Numbered from the stretch's first letter, positions 45,501 through 56,036 are shown. The stretch: DNA of 64,000 nt from an uncultured Acidobacteriota bacterium (GCA_963766985.1 CAVYCJ010000001.1:45634-109633), one strand, 5' to 3'. Notes: generated from the sequence alone by a model not told the origin. Made by a program: numbers and translations.

Positions 45501-45531
45501 CGTTGAGATCCTTCGGCCGCCTCAGGATGAC
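45501..45531 (-). repeat. Family-1 intergenic repeat lacking most of the inner hairpin (reverse)
   Basis: The reverse complement is GTCATCCTGAGGCGGCCGAAGGATCTCAACG. Confidence 0.85.
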
Positions 45532-45591
45532 AAGCTTTTCGACATTTCCAAGCGCTGGTGGCGCTGGCTGCGCCACCAGCGCCTCGTTTTA

Positions 45592-48285
45592 TTAGTGTTG
45601 TGACGGCGGTTGAGATTGAGTTGCGGAAGGTAGGCGCGATTCCATGGATTTCAGGCGATCGGCCATTTGCTCGATCAGCTCTTCCAAGTGATCAAGGCGA
45701 TTCGTGATGGCGGGACTTGTTGCAGTGCCGCCTTGTGCGGGGGAATCGTCGTCACCATCGGCTGATTCTGCCTCTTCTTCGTCTTGAGCCGGATTTTTCT
45801 TCCTGGCTTGTTTTGGCGATTGCAGGCGTTCGATCTGGTCTTTGATTTCGGGGACCATTTCGATGCTGAGGTCATCTCGCTTGAGCAGCGCTTCGAGTGC
45901 GGGGACGGCGCTGGCGTCGCCGCGCGCGCCGAGTGCGTGGATCACGGACCAACGAATGTTGAAATAAGGCTCGTTGAGATAGGAGGCAATTTGTTGCGTG
46001 ACCTCTTTGTTTTGTTTGTCGAGGCGGGCGAGGCCAGCGATCGCTACGGCGCGTGACTCGACGGCTTTGCCGGGTTTCGACCAATCGATGAGCAGCGGGA
46101 CGGCCTTGTCGTTGCCGAGGTAGCCGAGAGAGCGGAGTGCGGCGTTGCGCAGGATGTCGTCGGGCGAATCGCTGGCGACGGCGGCCGTGAGAACGGGCAG
46201 AACGTCGGCGGATTTTGTGCGGCCAAGGCTTTCGAGCGCGGCGGCGCGCGCGCGATAGGAAGTGTCGTTGGCTGCGATGGTTTGGAGTTTTGCGGGGAGG
46301 TCGGCGTTGTCTTTAAACTCGCCGAGGCTGGTGACGATGTAGTTGCGGACGACGGGCTCTTTATTGATGTCGAGCGCTGCGAGCAGATGCTTGAGCGCGG
46401 ACGGGCTGCCGACTTTGCCGAGGGTTTGGGCGGAGAGGACGCGGATGCCCCAGAAAGGATCGGAGTTTAGCGAAGTGGAGAGAGCGGCGACGACATCGTC
46501 GTCGTTTTTGATTTTGCCCAGGGCGACGATGGCGTCGGCGCGGTCGGATAATTCGGTGGCGTGCTGGAGCTGGTAGAGCCACTCCTTCTTTTCTTTATTG
46601 AACTTGACGCTCTTGAGGAGGTAGTTGCCCTTGTCGAAGAGAACCATCAGAGGGGCGGAGTCGGACGGAAACGTAAATGTTTCGGCAGCTTTGTAAACGT
46701 GAGCTGTGTAGAGCTTGGGGCCGCTGGCGGTGGTGACTTCGACGTCTACGGGAGCGGAGAAGAGGCCGACGTTGCTCTCGACTTTTTGCGTTTGCTTTAC
46801 GGTGAGAGCGACCTGGTGTTTCTCGGCGTCGTAGGTGTAGGCGAGATCGAATTTCGGAGCGCCGGCGCTGTAGATCCATTGCTGGAAGAAACGATCGACG
46901 TTGATGTGCGTGGTTTCTTCGATGGCTTTGATCAGGTCGGGCGTGACGACGTTTTTGCCGCGATTGACTTCGAGATAGTGCTTGAGGCTCTTCCAGAAAG
47001 CGTCATCGCCAAGTTGATGGCGAAGCATGTAGAGGACCCAGCCGCCTTTGCCGTAGGCGTTATCGTCGAATTCTTCGGACTGATCGAAATTACGGCGGAC
47101 GATAGGTTTGTCATAGAGGCTGGAGCTGGCGAACCAGTTGCGCTCATTCCACCAGAGATTGTAGGAGGCTGTATCTTTGCCGTAGTGAGATTCGGTCCAG
47201 ACGGTTTCGAAGAAGGTGGCGAAGCCTTCGTTGAGCCAAATGTTGGCCCAGTCTTTGCAGGTGACGAGGTCGCCGAACCATTGGTGGGCGAGTTCGTGGG
47301 AGATCAGGTCATCGCTGTTGGTGGGGTATTCGGGGATGAGTTTGGGATCGCGGAGGGATTCGGCAGTGTTGGTGGTGGCGCTGGAATTTTCCATGCCGCC
47401 GGCGACGAAGTAGTCGACCATGACCTGGGAATATTTTTCCCAAGGATAGTCGACGCCGATTTTCTTGTTGAAGAGATCGATCATCTGCGGTGTGCGCTCG
47501 TAGTTGGGCAGGAGGCGGTCGCCGCGGCCTTTCGGAGCGTAGTAGGTGAGCGGGAGAGATCGGAGAGATTGCTTGGCTTCGTCGAATTCGCCGGCGACGG
47601 CGGTGATGAGGTAGGTGGAGCTGGGTTGGGATTCGCGCCATGTCCAGGTTTTCTGGTTGTTGCCGGCGTCGGTGATGCCGATTAGTTTGCCGTTCGAGAC
47701 GGTGATCCAGGATGAGGGAACGGTCAGGATTGTTTCGGTGGTGAGGCGATCGTTGGGGTAGTCGTAGGTCGGAAGGTAGTAGCGGGTGTCCTCGGATTCG
47801 CCTTGGGTCCAAATTTCGATGGGCTGCTCCGGGTAGTTTTTGTCGGGGAGGATGAAGTACATGCCTTTGTTGGGCTTGCCTTCGTAGCGGATTTCGACTT
47901 CGTACTTGTCGCCGATTTTTGGTGCACCTGGAAGGGTGACGAGGAGTTTTGCGGGGGTGGTTTCAAATTTTGCCGGGGACTTATTGACGGTGACGCTTTG
48001 AATTGTGAGGCCGACGGAGTCGAAGGAGAGGCGCGTCGTGTTTTCGCGGAGGATGGAGACGGAGTGCGTTACGTCGCCGATGACTTTGCGCTGATCGATG
48101 TCGAATTTTAAAGCGATTTTGGAATGTTGGAGATCGTAGTCGCGAGTGCGAGCGTAGGGTTCGTCGGCACGAAGGGGGAGCGAGAGTAGCAGTGCGAGGG
48201 CGCAAATCGCTGCGACGGCGGCGGCTCGAAAGTGAAACTGAATACGGCCCATTAGGGCTCCGGCTTTACGCGATGATTCGATCAT
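45592..48285 (-). CDS. M1 family zinc aminopeptidase with C-terminal HEAT-repeat extension
   Basis: GAMEN-like GGMEN. HELAHQWFGDLVTCKDWANIWLNEGFATF is the HExxH-x18-E signature. The C-terminal ~300 aa carry HEAT-like repeats (..ALGKIKNDDD..., ..LGYLGNDKAVPLL.., ..ALGARGDASAVPAL..). The start may be ATG 48252 (MGRIQFHF). Confidence 0.85.
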   Translation of the reverse strand: MIESSRKAGALMGRIQFHFRAAAVAAICALALLLSLPLRADEPYARTRDYDLQHSKIALKFDIDQRKVIGDVTHSVSILRENTTRLSFDSVGLTIQSVTVNKSPAKFETTPAKLLVTLPGAPKIGDKYEVEIRYEGKPNKGMYFILPDKNYPEQPIEIWTQGESEDTRYYLPTYDYPNDRLTTETILTVPSSWITVSNGKLIGITDAGNNQKTWTWRESQPSSTYLITAVAGEFDEAKQSLRSLPLTYYAPKGRGDRLLPNYERTPQMIDLFNKKIGVDYPWEKYSQVMVDYFVAGGMENSSATTNTAESLRDPKLIPEYPTNSDDLISHELAHQWFGDLVTCKDWANIWLNEGFATFFETVWTESHYGKDTASYNLWWNERNWFASSSLYDKPIVRRNFDQSEEFDDNAYGKGGWVLYMLRHQLGDDAFWKSLKHYLEVNRGKNVVTPDLIKAIEETTHINVDRFFQQWIYSAGAPKFDLAYTYDAEKHQVALTVKQTQKVESNVGLFSAPVDVEVTTASGPKLYTAHVYKAAETFTFPSDSAPLMVLFDKGNYLLKSVKFNKEKKEWLYQLQHATELSDRADAIVALGKIKNDDDVVAALSTSLNSDPFWGIRVLSAQTLGKVGSPSALKHLLAALDINKEPVVRNYIVTSLGEFKDNADLPAKLQTIAANDTSYRARAAALESLGRTKSADVLPVLTAAVASDSPDDILRNAALRSLGYLGNDKAVPLLIDWSKPGKAVESRAVAIAGLARLDKQNKEVTQQIASYLNEPYFNIRWSVIHALGARGDASAVPALEALLKRDDLSIEMVPEIKDQIERLQSPKQARKKNPAQDEEEAESADGDDDSPAQGGTATSPAITNRLDHLEELIEQMADRLKSMESRLPSATQSQPPSQH

Positions 48286-48670
48286 TCCGATTTATTTCCG
48301 TACCTTTCATGAATTCAAAATTGTTGAGCCGCGCTTGTTCGACGAGGACGCACACGTCCCAGGCTGCGCGGTCTAAGAGCTTGGACCGCAACTCACTGTG
48401 AAATCGAACCGGACTGCTGGCGTTTGGAACTGGCACGCGAGCGAGGAGGTCGTATCGACGTCGAGGCAGCGAGGCCCTTCCTGTATCTGTACTTCGCCAC
48501 TCTTGGCGGGTCTCAACTATTTTAGACGTAAACGGGGAAGTTCGGTTACCGGTGTATCCGGCTGAAAACTAAGAGCTTGCGTCGCGGGGCACGTCGCACT
48601 AAGATGCCGCCAATTCCGGAATCGAGACTCACCGTTAATTTCTCGCGCGAGCGTCTTCGAGGAGGTTTCT

Positions 48671-49814
48671 ATGCGAACCAGTCGTCGATTGTTCAGTTCC
48701 GTCTTTGTCGCAGTTTGTGCGCTGCTTTTTGTCGTCAATTCCGGCGATGGCACAAATCGGAAAATCGGTTCCAGTGCCCGCGGGTTCGGACGCAGACCAC
48801 GCATTGTCGGAAATCAACGCGACCACAGATCCGACTCAGAAATTGGCACTCATCGACAAGTTTGCAGCGAGCGCGCAGGGCGATATGGCGATCGTGGTCG
48901 ACGACACCTACGTAAATTATTTCCTTACGGCGAAAAATTACGACAAAGCATTCGAGTATGGCGACAAGTTGTTCGCGCTCGACCCCGACAATTTTGCGAA
49001 CGCGGTCAACATGGTCCGCGCGGCGCAAGAAAAGGGAGACTCCGACAAACTATTTTCGTATGGCGCAAAAGCTGCGGACATTCTGAAGCGCTATAAGGCG
49101 TCCTCTGTGCCAGAGGAGGAGAAAAAGCGGAACCTCGAGAACGCGCACGACAACATCGTCTACGTGCAGCAACTGATCTTTAACGGCGCGTATCAGACAA
49201 AAGACCCTGCGAAGCGCGCGGCAGAATTGGTGCAGTTCGCGCAAATGTTCCCGGATTCGCCGTATGCCGATCAAGCGATGGGAGTTGCGGCGGCTTCGTA
49301 CCGGCAGACGCAGAACACGGCGAAGATGATCGAGGTCGCCAACGGATTGCTGGCGAAGGATCCGAATAACGTCGGCATGCTTCTGCTACTGGCGGACTAT
49401 TACAGCGAGAAAGGCGAACAACTCGACAAGGCCGAAGCTGACGCGAAGAAGGCGACGGCGGCTCTCGCTGATGCGAAGAAACCTGAGGGCGTGACCGACG
49501 AACAGTGGCAGCAGCAGGTCTCGCTGCAAAAGGGACTCGCGCTGAGCTCGCTGGGCCAGGTCAACATCCAGAAGAAGAACAACGCCGCCGCGGTCGAGAA
49601 TTTGAAAGCAGCGTCGCCGCTGCTTAAGTCCGACGCCGGGAGTTACGCCCGGAACCAATATCGGCTCGGGTATGCGCTGCTGAACCTGAAGAGGGTGCAG
49701 GATGCAAAGCAGGCGTTTACCGAAGCGGCTTCCGTCGATAGTCCGTACAAACAACCGTCTTTGGACAAGCTAAAGGCCATGTCGGGGGCATCGGCGGCTC
49801 GCGCCAAGTCCTAG
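48671..49814 (+). pseudogene. Secreted TPR-like helical-repeat protein whose signal peptide is split off by a frame break
   Basis: GGAGG (48661..48665) plus ATG 48671 reads MRTSRRLFSSVFVAVCALL. The body is in ORF 48705..49814 (..SSIPAMAQIGKSVPVPAG..). Removing one T from the T5 run at 48726..48730 gives MRTSRRLFSSVFVAVCALLLSSIPAMA|QIGK. Confidence 0.6.
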
Positions 49815-49915
49815 GCGCAGAGTTGCTTCCAGCCGGGCCAGCCGATTTAGAATCATAGGTGAAGGCTCATGCATCCAATGGCTTGCCTGCGGGCAGGACG
49901 CAGGAGGAGAAACAA

Positions 49916-50392
49916 ATGACGACAGAGATTGCTACATTCGGCGCCGGCTGCTTCTGGGGCGTCGAGGCCGCGTTTAGCCGCGTGCCGGGAGTGGTGGAAG
50001 CGGTGTCGGGCTACAGCGGAGGGCACACGGAGAATCCGACGTACAAGGATGTCTGCACGGATGAGACCGGGCACGCCGAAGTCGTACAAGTGACGTTTGA
50101 TCCAGCCAAGGTCAGTTTCGAAAGATTGCTCGAGGTGTTTTGGGGGATGCACGATCCGACGCAAGTCAACCGGCAGGGGCCTGATTTCGGTTCGCAATAT
50201 CGGACGGCGATTTTCTTTCACACTCCGGAACAGGAAGCGACCGCGAAGAAGGTGAAAGCGGAATTAAATGCGAGCGGGAAATTCAAGAGGCCAATCGCTA
50301 CGGAGATCACCGCGGCTGGGCCGTTTTATCGCGCCGAGGAATATCATCAGAAATATCTGGAGAAGCGCGGCGCGACGTCTTGCCATTTCTGA
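49916..50392 (+). CDS. msrA: Peptide-methionine (S)-S-oxide reductase
   Basis: AGGAGGAG precedes ATG 49916. [15 protein letters not shown] is the active-site GCFWG. It also has [22 protein letters not shown]. Confidence 0.9.
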   Translation: MTTEIATFGAGCFWGVEAAFSRVPGVVEAVSGYSGGHTENPTYKDVCTDETGHAEVVQVTFDPAKVSFERLLEVFWGMHDPTQVNRQGPDFGSQYRTAIFFHTPEQEATAKKVKAELNASGKFKRPIATEITAAGPFYRAEEYHQKYLEKRGATSCHF

Positions 50393-50468
50393 GTGTTAGC
50401 TAGGGCTACGAAAAAACGCTGGCAAGATGCCGGCGCTACCAGAATTAAATCGGCGCCGAGATGGGGAG

Positions 50469-52721
50469 CTAGACGCTCTTCACCGGCGCCGGGTCTTTTT
50501 CTGCAGACGCTTCGGAAGCAGTCAAGGCTTCTCTGATTTTCTCGATTAGCGACGACCTCGAAAATGGTTTCGAAAGCATCCGGTGATGGGGCTTGTCCTG
50601 ATTTTGTGATTCCACGGCGTATTCGGAATAGCCAGACATGAGAAGGATTTTTGTGCCTGGACTGACGGAAGGCAGGCGAGCTGCGAGTTCGCTCCCTCCC
50701 ATTTTGGGCATTACGACGTCGCTTAGAATCAAGTCGATCTTGCCGGGATGACGTCGCAAAAGATCGATGGCTTCAACTCCATTGCGCGCGCGCAAGACCG
50801 AATATCCAGTCATCGTCAAAAACTCGCAAGCAAGTTCGCGGACATCGTTCTCGTCTTCGACGACGAGGATCGTTTCGTGTCCTCGAGCAATTTCCGCTGG
50901 TTTGTCTTCGGCGTCGCGACGCGGTGCGCGTTCCGATGCTTTCGGCAGATAGATTTCGAACGTGGTGCCTTCGCCGGCGGTGCTTTCGACCCAAACAAAG
51001 CCGCCGCTCTGTTTCACGACGCCATAGACGGTTGCCAAGCCGAGCCCAGTGCCTTTGCCAACTTCCTTTGTGGTGAAGAACGGCTCGAAAATGTGAGCTT
51101 TCGTTTCGGGTGACATCCCCGTGCCCGTGTCGGAGACCGCGAGCAGGACGTAATCGCCGGGCAGCATCGGAGCGCGCTGTTGTGCTTCGGTCTTGTCGAT
51201 GACAACGTTGCTTGTGCGCACGGTGATCGTGCCGCCGTTTGGCATCGCATCACGTGAGTTCACTACGAGATTCATCAGGACTTGTTCGATCTGTCCAGGG
51301 TCGGCCTTCACAGGGGCGAGTTTGGGTTCGGGCACAAAGACGTATTCGATGTCTTCACCGATGAGCCGGGGAAGCATTTTGCCGAGATCGGTGACGATCG
51401 CGTTGAGGTCGAGGACCTGTGGCTGGAGAACTTGCATACGGCTGAAGGCGAGGAGTTGCCGCGTCATCGTCACCGCTCTGCCGGCGGCTTTCTGAATCTG
51501 ATCGAGGCTGTGGCGTTGTGAATCTTCGAGCGAGCCGCGGTCAAGCAGCAGGTCACTGTGGCCGCGAATGATCGTCAGCAAATTGTTGAAGTCGTGTGCG
51601 ACGCCGCCCGCCAACCGACCGACGGCTTCCATCTTGTGCGCCTGGCGCAGTCGCTCTTCGAGAGCTTTTTGTTCGAGTTGCGACTTCTGCATGCTGGTGC
51701 GCATGCGATCGAACGCGGCCGTGACTTCGGCGACTTCGTCGCCGGTTGTGACTTCGAGCGGAAACTGGAAGTCGCCCCGTTCCAACGCGTGAACGCCACC
51801 AACGAGGCTTTCGAGCGGGCGGGTAAAGGTTCCGGAGATGAGGAAAACAAGCACACTGCCACCGAGGACGCTGAGGACTCCAAGTCCTAGCAGCACCCGG
51901 TTCAGACCATGCAGAAACGAGGTGGCGCGATCGAGCGATTTGAAAATGCTGAGTGTGACGTTTGCTTCCGCGTTGTCGGAAAGGGTGACTGTCGACACCA
52001 GAAATCGTTCGCGACCGAGTTGAATTTCTTTGGCGACGAGTGGGCCGCCGGGATAGTCGCGGCACAAAACATCCAGATCGCGCTTCTGGTCGGCATTGAG
52101 TGTCGATGCGACGAGTACACCGGCGTCGAAATAGGCGATGTCGCCCGCTATGAGATTGCCGAACTCGCGCGCGGCGTGATCCTGGATTTCGTGACCGACG
52201 ACGAGGAACCCGAGTGTCGAGCCGACGCCAGGAGCGCCGAAATAGATGGGTTGCACCCAGGTTTCGTAGAGGTGTCCCCCGCCAAACCACCAACCTCGAT
52301 CTTCGCCGTTGTCGAGCGACTTGCGGAGCAGGCTTTGGGCTTCGTTCTGCCCGAGGCCGCCACTCTTTGTTCGAAGCGCGACAACATTTCCGCCGCGGTC
52401 GCTCATAAGCAGCAGATCGGCGCCGCTCATGCGCCAGACTTCCGCCGAGCCGTCCTGAATCGTTGCGGAGTCACGCGTCGTCATGAGCGCGCGAATGTTG
52501 GGGAGGCTGGCGAGCAGCTGGGCCGATCGGGCAAGCGCATCGCGCCGCTGGCGCTCGAAGTGGCGATAGTTGTTGACGGAATTCTCGAGATCGACGCGAA
52601 TGTCGCCGCGGATGCGCCGTTCGACGTTGTAGCTGACGATGAACAGAGTGGCAGCAGTAAGACCCGCGGAGATTGCCAGCAGCGAGATGAGAAACTTTGT
52701 GCGAAGCCGAATTTTTCTCAT
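50469..52721 (-). CDS. Hybrid sensor histidine kinase / response regulator
   Basis: N-terminal TM, large sensing domain, second TM and a HAMP-like linker. H-box GGVAHDFNNLLTII. N/G boxes (NLVVNSRDAM, DTGTGMS, GTGLGLATVYG). C-terminal receiver (ILVVEDENDV...DLILSDVVMPKMGG...SKPF). Confidence 0.85.
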   Translation of the reverse strand: MRKIRLRTKFLISLLAISAGLTAATLFIVSYNVERRIRGDIRVDLENSVNNYRHFERQRRDALARSAQLLASLPNIRALMTTRDSATIQDGSAEVWRMSGADLLLMSDRGGNVVALRTKSGGLGQNEAQSLLRKSLDNGEDRGWWFGGGHLYETWVQPIYFGAPGVGSTLGFLVVGHEIQDHAAREFGNLIAGDIAYFDAGVLVASTLNADQKRDLDVLCRDYPGGPLVAKEIQLGRERFLVSTVTLSDNAEANVTLSIFKSLDRATSFLHGLNRVLLGLGVLSVLGGSVLVFLISGTFTRPLESLVGGVHALERGDFQFPLEVTTGDEVAEVTAAFDRMRTSMQKSQLEQKALEERLRQAHKMEAVGRLAGGVAHDFNNLLTIIRGHSDLLLDRGSLEDSQRHSLDQIQKAAGRAVTMTRQLLAFSRMQVLQPQVLDLNAIVTDLGKMLPRLIGEDIEYVFVPEPKLAPVKADPGQIEQVLMNLVVNSRDAMPNGGTITVRTSNVVIDKTEAQQRAPMLPGDYVLLAVSDTGTGMSPETKAHIFEPFFTTKEVGKGTGLGLATVYGVVKQSGGFVWVESTAGEGTTFEIYLPKASERAPRRDAEDKPAEIARGHETILVVEDENDVRELACEFLTMTGYSVLRARNGVEAIDLLRRHPGKIDLILSDVVMPKMGGSELAARLPSVSPGTKILLMSGYSEYAVESQNQDKPHHRMLSKPFSRSSLIEKIREALTASEASAEKDPAPVKSV

Positions 52722-52937
52722 CCGGGAGCCGTTTGCCGGTGAACCGTGTATGGGATAGAGAGCGGCCCAAAAATGGATCGACCCTCTCCAAGTATGAAAT
52801 TAGCAAGGGTTTTGCGTGGTTGGAGAGCGCCGTTTTGCTGGAATGTCGAAACGGAAACAGTACTTCAGGCCAGTATTGGCTTGAGTACACCGAAAGCGAC
52901 GCACCGCCCGTGACGGGGGTAGGTTTTGAACCTATTC

Positions 52938-55900
52938 TCAGACCTGCAGAACGTCGCCGTCGCGCGCGACGATTTCGTAGAGGACCGGGTTTACGAAGAA
53001 ACCCAGCAGCAGACGAGAAAGCAGGCCGGCCACGACGACAATCGCGAAGGGCTTCTGCGTATCGCTGCCGACGCCGGTGGAAATGGCGGCGGGCAACAAG
53101 CCGAGGCAGGCGACCAGGGCGGTCATCATGATGGGGCGCAGGCGGAGCAGGGAAGCGTCGCGTGTCGCGTCGCGAATCGTCGCGCCTTCGAGGCGCAGTT
53201 TGTTGATGTAGCTGACGAGGATGACGGCGGTCTCGACGGAAACGCCGAGGAGAGCAAGCAGACCGAGGCCGCTCGAGACGCTGAATGGAACGTGCAGAAC
53301 TTTCAAGGCGATCAGAGCACCCACGGGTTCGGTGAGAACGACGCCGAGCGCGATGGTGACGGGGAACTTGAAGTTGCCATAGAGAGCGAAGAGGATCAGG
53401 AAGATCAGGAAGATTGCTAGCGGGCCGATTATGTAGAGCTGTTGCTTCGCTTCGAGCAGTTCGCTGTATTCGCCGCCCCAGTCGAGCCGGTAACCTTCGG
53501 GCAGTTGGACGGACTTCGCGACTGCGCGTTGTCCGGCCTGCACGATACCTTCAAGGTCGCGGCCAGTCACTGAAAACTGGATGCCGATGTAACGCGAATT
53601 GTTTTCGCGATAGATGAAAGAAGCGCCGCTCTGTTCCTTGATGGTGGCCAGTTCGGACAGAGGAATTTGTTGGCCGTTTGGCGTGGGCACGAGCAGGTTG
53701 CCGATTTGCTGTGCGTTCGAACGGTATTGCGGCTCCATGCGAACGACGAGGTCGAATAATTTTTCGCCTTGGATCACTTGCGTTGCCGCCTGGCCACCAA
53801 CGGCGGTCTGCACGACCATCTCGGCGTCGGAGACGTTGATGCCGTAGCGGGCGATTTTCGGACGATCGATGTCGACGATTAGGCTTGGCTGGCCGAGTTC
53901 GCGGACGACGGTGAGTTCGGTGAAGCCGGGCGTGCGATCGAGCGCGTTTCGGATTTCGACGGCCTTCTTTTCGAGCACATCGAGATCGGGGCCAAAGACT
54001 TTCACGGCGAGCGCGGACTTCAGGCCGGTGAGCGCTTCGTCGACCGCGTCTTCAGCAGGTTGCGTGAAGTTGAAAATCACGCCGGGGTACGCGTCGAGCT
54101 GTTTCTCGACGTCGCGGCTCAGTTCTTCTTTTGTGTGGATCGAACCGGAGCTCCAGGATTTATCGTCATAGGGTTTCAGGCCGACGTAAAACTCGCAATT
54201 GAAGAAGCCCGTGGGGTCGGTGCCGTCGTCTGGGCGACCGAGTTCGGAGCCGACGACGGTGACCTGCGGATATTTGACGAGCACGTTGCGAACTTGCGGC
54301 GCAAATTTGGCGGCTTCGTCGAAACCGATGGTGTAGGGCATTGTGGCGCGGACCCAAAGCGCGCCTTCATCCAGGTGGGGCAAGAATTCGCCGCCGATCA
54401 GGGGGATAAGCAGCAGGGTGAGTCCGAAGATCAGCAGCGAACCGATCACTGTGATTTTTGGGTGATCGAGGCACCAGACAAGACGGCCGGCGTAGCGATC
54501 GCGAACCCAGTTGTAGACGTGATTCTGTTTTTCTTTGATGCCACGCTTGAACCAATACGAAGCGATCACCGGAACAAATGTGAGCGTGAAGACGAGCGCG
54601 CCGAGAAGCGCGAACGACATCGTATCGGCCATCGGGTGGAACAACTTTCCGGACGGCCCGGTCAACGCGTAGATCGGCAAGTACCCGGCGATGATCACGG
54701 CGACGGAATAGAAGATCGGGCGGTCGACATCGCGCGCGGCATGCAGGATTACTTCGTGCAGGTTGTAGTCGGTTCCCTGACGCTCGGTCAGTTCGCGATA
54801 GATGTTTTCGACCATCACGATGGTGCCGTCGATGATGATCCCGAAGTCGATGGCGCCGATGGAGAGCAGGTTGGCGGCCTCGCCGGTTGCGTGAAGGAAA
54901 ATGAATGCGAACAGGAGCGCGAGGGGAATCGTCAACGCTGCGATGACGGCTGCGCGGAAGCTGACGAGGAAGAACAGGAGCACGAGAAACACAAGGATCA
55001 TGCCGCTGAAAAGGTTGTGCTCGACGGTGTCGGTGGTAACGCGAACGAGATCGCTGCGATCGTAGTAGGGGTGAACTTTGACGTCGGGCGGCAAAACGCT
55101 GCGATTGATTTCGTTCGTTTTCTGCTCGACACCACGGAGGACGTTCTGCGTTTGCTCGCCGCGGCGCATCAGGATCACGCCTTCGACGGCGTCGTCGTTG
55201 TTTTTCGCTTTGTCCTGGAATCCGAAGATGCCGAGGCGCGGCGCGTTGCCGATCGTTACGGTGCCGACGTCTTTGACGCGGACGGGGACTCCGTTGTTGC
55301 TGCCGACGACGACTTCGCCGATGTCGTCGGTGGATTTCAGGAGGCCAAGACCGCGGACGTAATAAAACTGGCCGCCTTGCGTGTAAAAGCCGCCGCCGGT
55401 GTTGGCGTTGTTCGACTGGATTGCGTTGAAGACGTTGGCTACCGATTGATGAAAGTTGTAGAGACGGGCGGGATCGAGCAGCACGTGATACTGCATCGTT
55501 GGCCCGCCGAAGCCGGAGTCGTCGGCAACGCCTGGCACGCTGCGATAGGCGCGCTCGATGATCCAGTCTTCGAAGGTGTGCAACTCCATCGGAGAGCGGT
55601 CGGGACTTTCGATCACGTAGCGATAAACGAGTCCGCTCGGACTGAAGAGCGGCGCCATGCTTGGCGTTACGCCGCTGGGGAGTTGCGCGTCGGCGATGCG
55701 CTGGAAGACGACCTGGCGCGCGAAGTACGGTTCGGTGCCTTCGTCGAAAGTCAGGATGACGTCGGAAAGTCCGTAGAGCGAGATGGAGCGCATCACGCGG
55801 AGGTTCGGCGTGCCATTCATCGCCAGTTCGAGAGGCAGGGTTGTGAGGCGCTCGACTTCTTCGGCGGCGTGGCCCGGCCATTGGGTGATCAGTTCGACCA

Positions 55901-56036
55901 TCGGCGGAGATAGGTCGGGATAGGCGTCGACGGGCATTCGCTGAAACGAGATCGCGCCGGCAACGACGATCAGCAGCGTGAACATCAGCACGACGAAGCG
56001 CTGCTTGAGCGCGAATTGGACGATGCGATGAATCAT
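52938..56036 (-). CDS. RND efflux permease, CusA/CzcA heavy-metal-efflux family
   Basis: 1032 aa with a 12-TM RND layout. The N-terminus MIHRIVQFALKQRFVVLMFTLLIVVAGAISFQRMPVDAYPDLSPP is typical of the HME subfamily. Confidence 0.9.
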   Translation of the reverse strand: MIHRIVQFALKQRFVVLMFTLLIVVAGAISFQRMPVDAYPDLSPPMVELITQWPGHAAEEVERLTTLPLELAMNGTPNLRVMRSISLYGLSDVILTFDEGTEPYFARQVVFQRIADAQLPSGVTPSMAPLFSPSGLVYRYVIESPDRSPMELHTFEDWIIERAYRSVPGVADDSGFGGPTMQYHVLLDPARLYNFHQSVANVFNAIQSNNANTGGGFYTQGGQFYYVRGLGLLKSTDDIGEVVVGSNNGVPVRVKDVGTVTIGNAPRLGIFGFQDKAKNNDDAVEGVILMRRGEQTQNVLRGVEQKTNEINRSVLPPDVKVHPYYDRSDLVRVTTDTVEHNLFSGMILVFLVLLFFLVSFRAAVIAALTIPLALLFAFIFLHATGEAANLLSIGAIDFGIIIDGTIVMVENIYRELTERQGTDYNLHEVILHAARDVDRPIFYSVAVIIAGYLPIYALTGPSGKLFHPMADTMSFALLGALVFTLTFVPVIASYWFKRGIKEKQNHVYNWVRDRYAGRLVWCLDHPKITVIGSLLIFGLTLLLIPLIGGEFLPHLDEGALWVRATMPYTIGFDEAAKFAPQVRNVLVKYPQVTVVGSELGRPDDGTDPTGFFNCEFYVGLKPYDDKSWSSGSIHTKEELSRDVEKQLDAYPGVIFNFTQPAEDAVDEALTGLKSALAVKVFGPDLDVLEKKAVEIRNALDRTPGFTELTVVRELGQPSLIVDIDRPKIARYGINVSDAEMVVQTAVGGQAATQVIQGEKLFDLVVRMEPQYRSNAQQIGNLLVPTPNGQQIPLSELATIKEQSGASFIYRENNSRYIGIQFSVTGRDLEGIVQAGQRAVAKSVQLPEGYRLDWGGEYSELLEAKQQLYIIGPLAIFLIFLILFALYGNFKFPVTIALGVVLTEPVGALIALKVLHVPFSVSSGLGLLALLGVSVETAVILVSYINKLRLEGATIRDATRDASLLRLRPIMMTALVACLGLLPAAISTGVGSDTQKPFAIVVVAGLLSRLLLGFFVNPVLYEIVARDGDVLQV

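Noticed and set aside
48431-48445. TGGCAC motif suggesting a sigma-54 promoter upstream of the 48.7-kb gene.
   Set aside because: The downstream element is CGAG instead of TTGC at the required spacing, so only the -24 half matches.
54060-55913. 617-aa plus-strand ORF inside the RND pump gene.
   Set aside because: It is a frame-shadow of a 1032-aa CzcA/CusA-type gene with intact family hallmarks. Its translation is Asp/Gly/Val-rich and domain-free.
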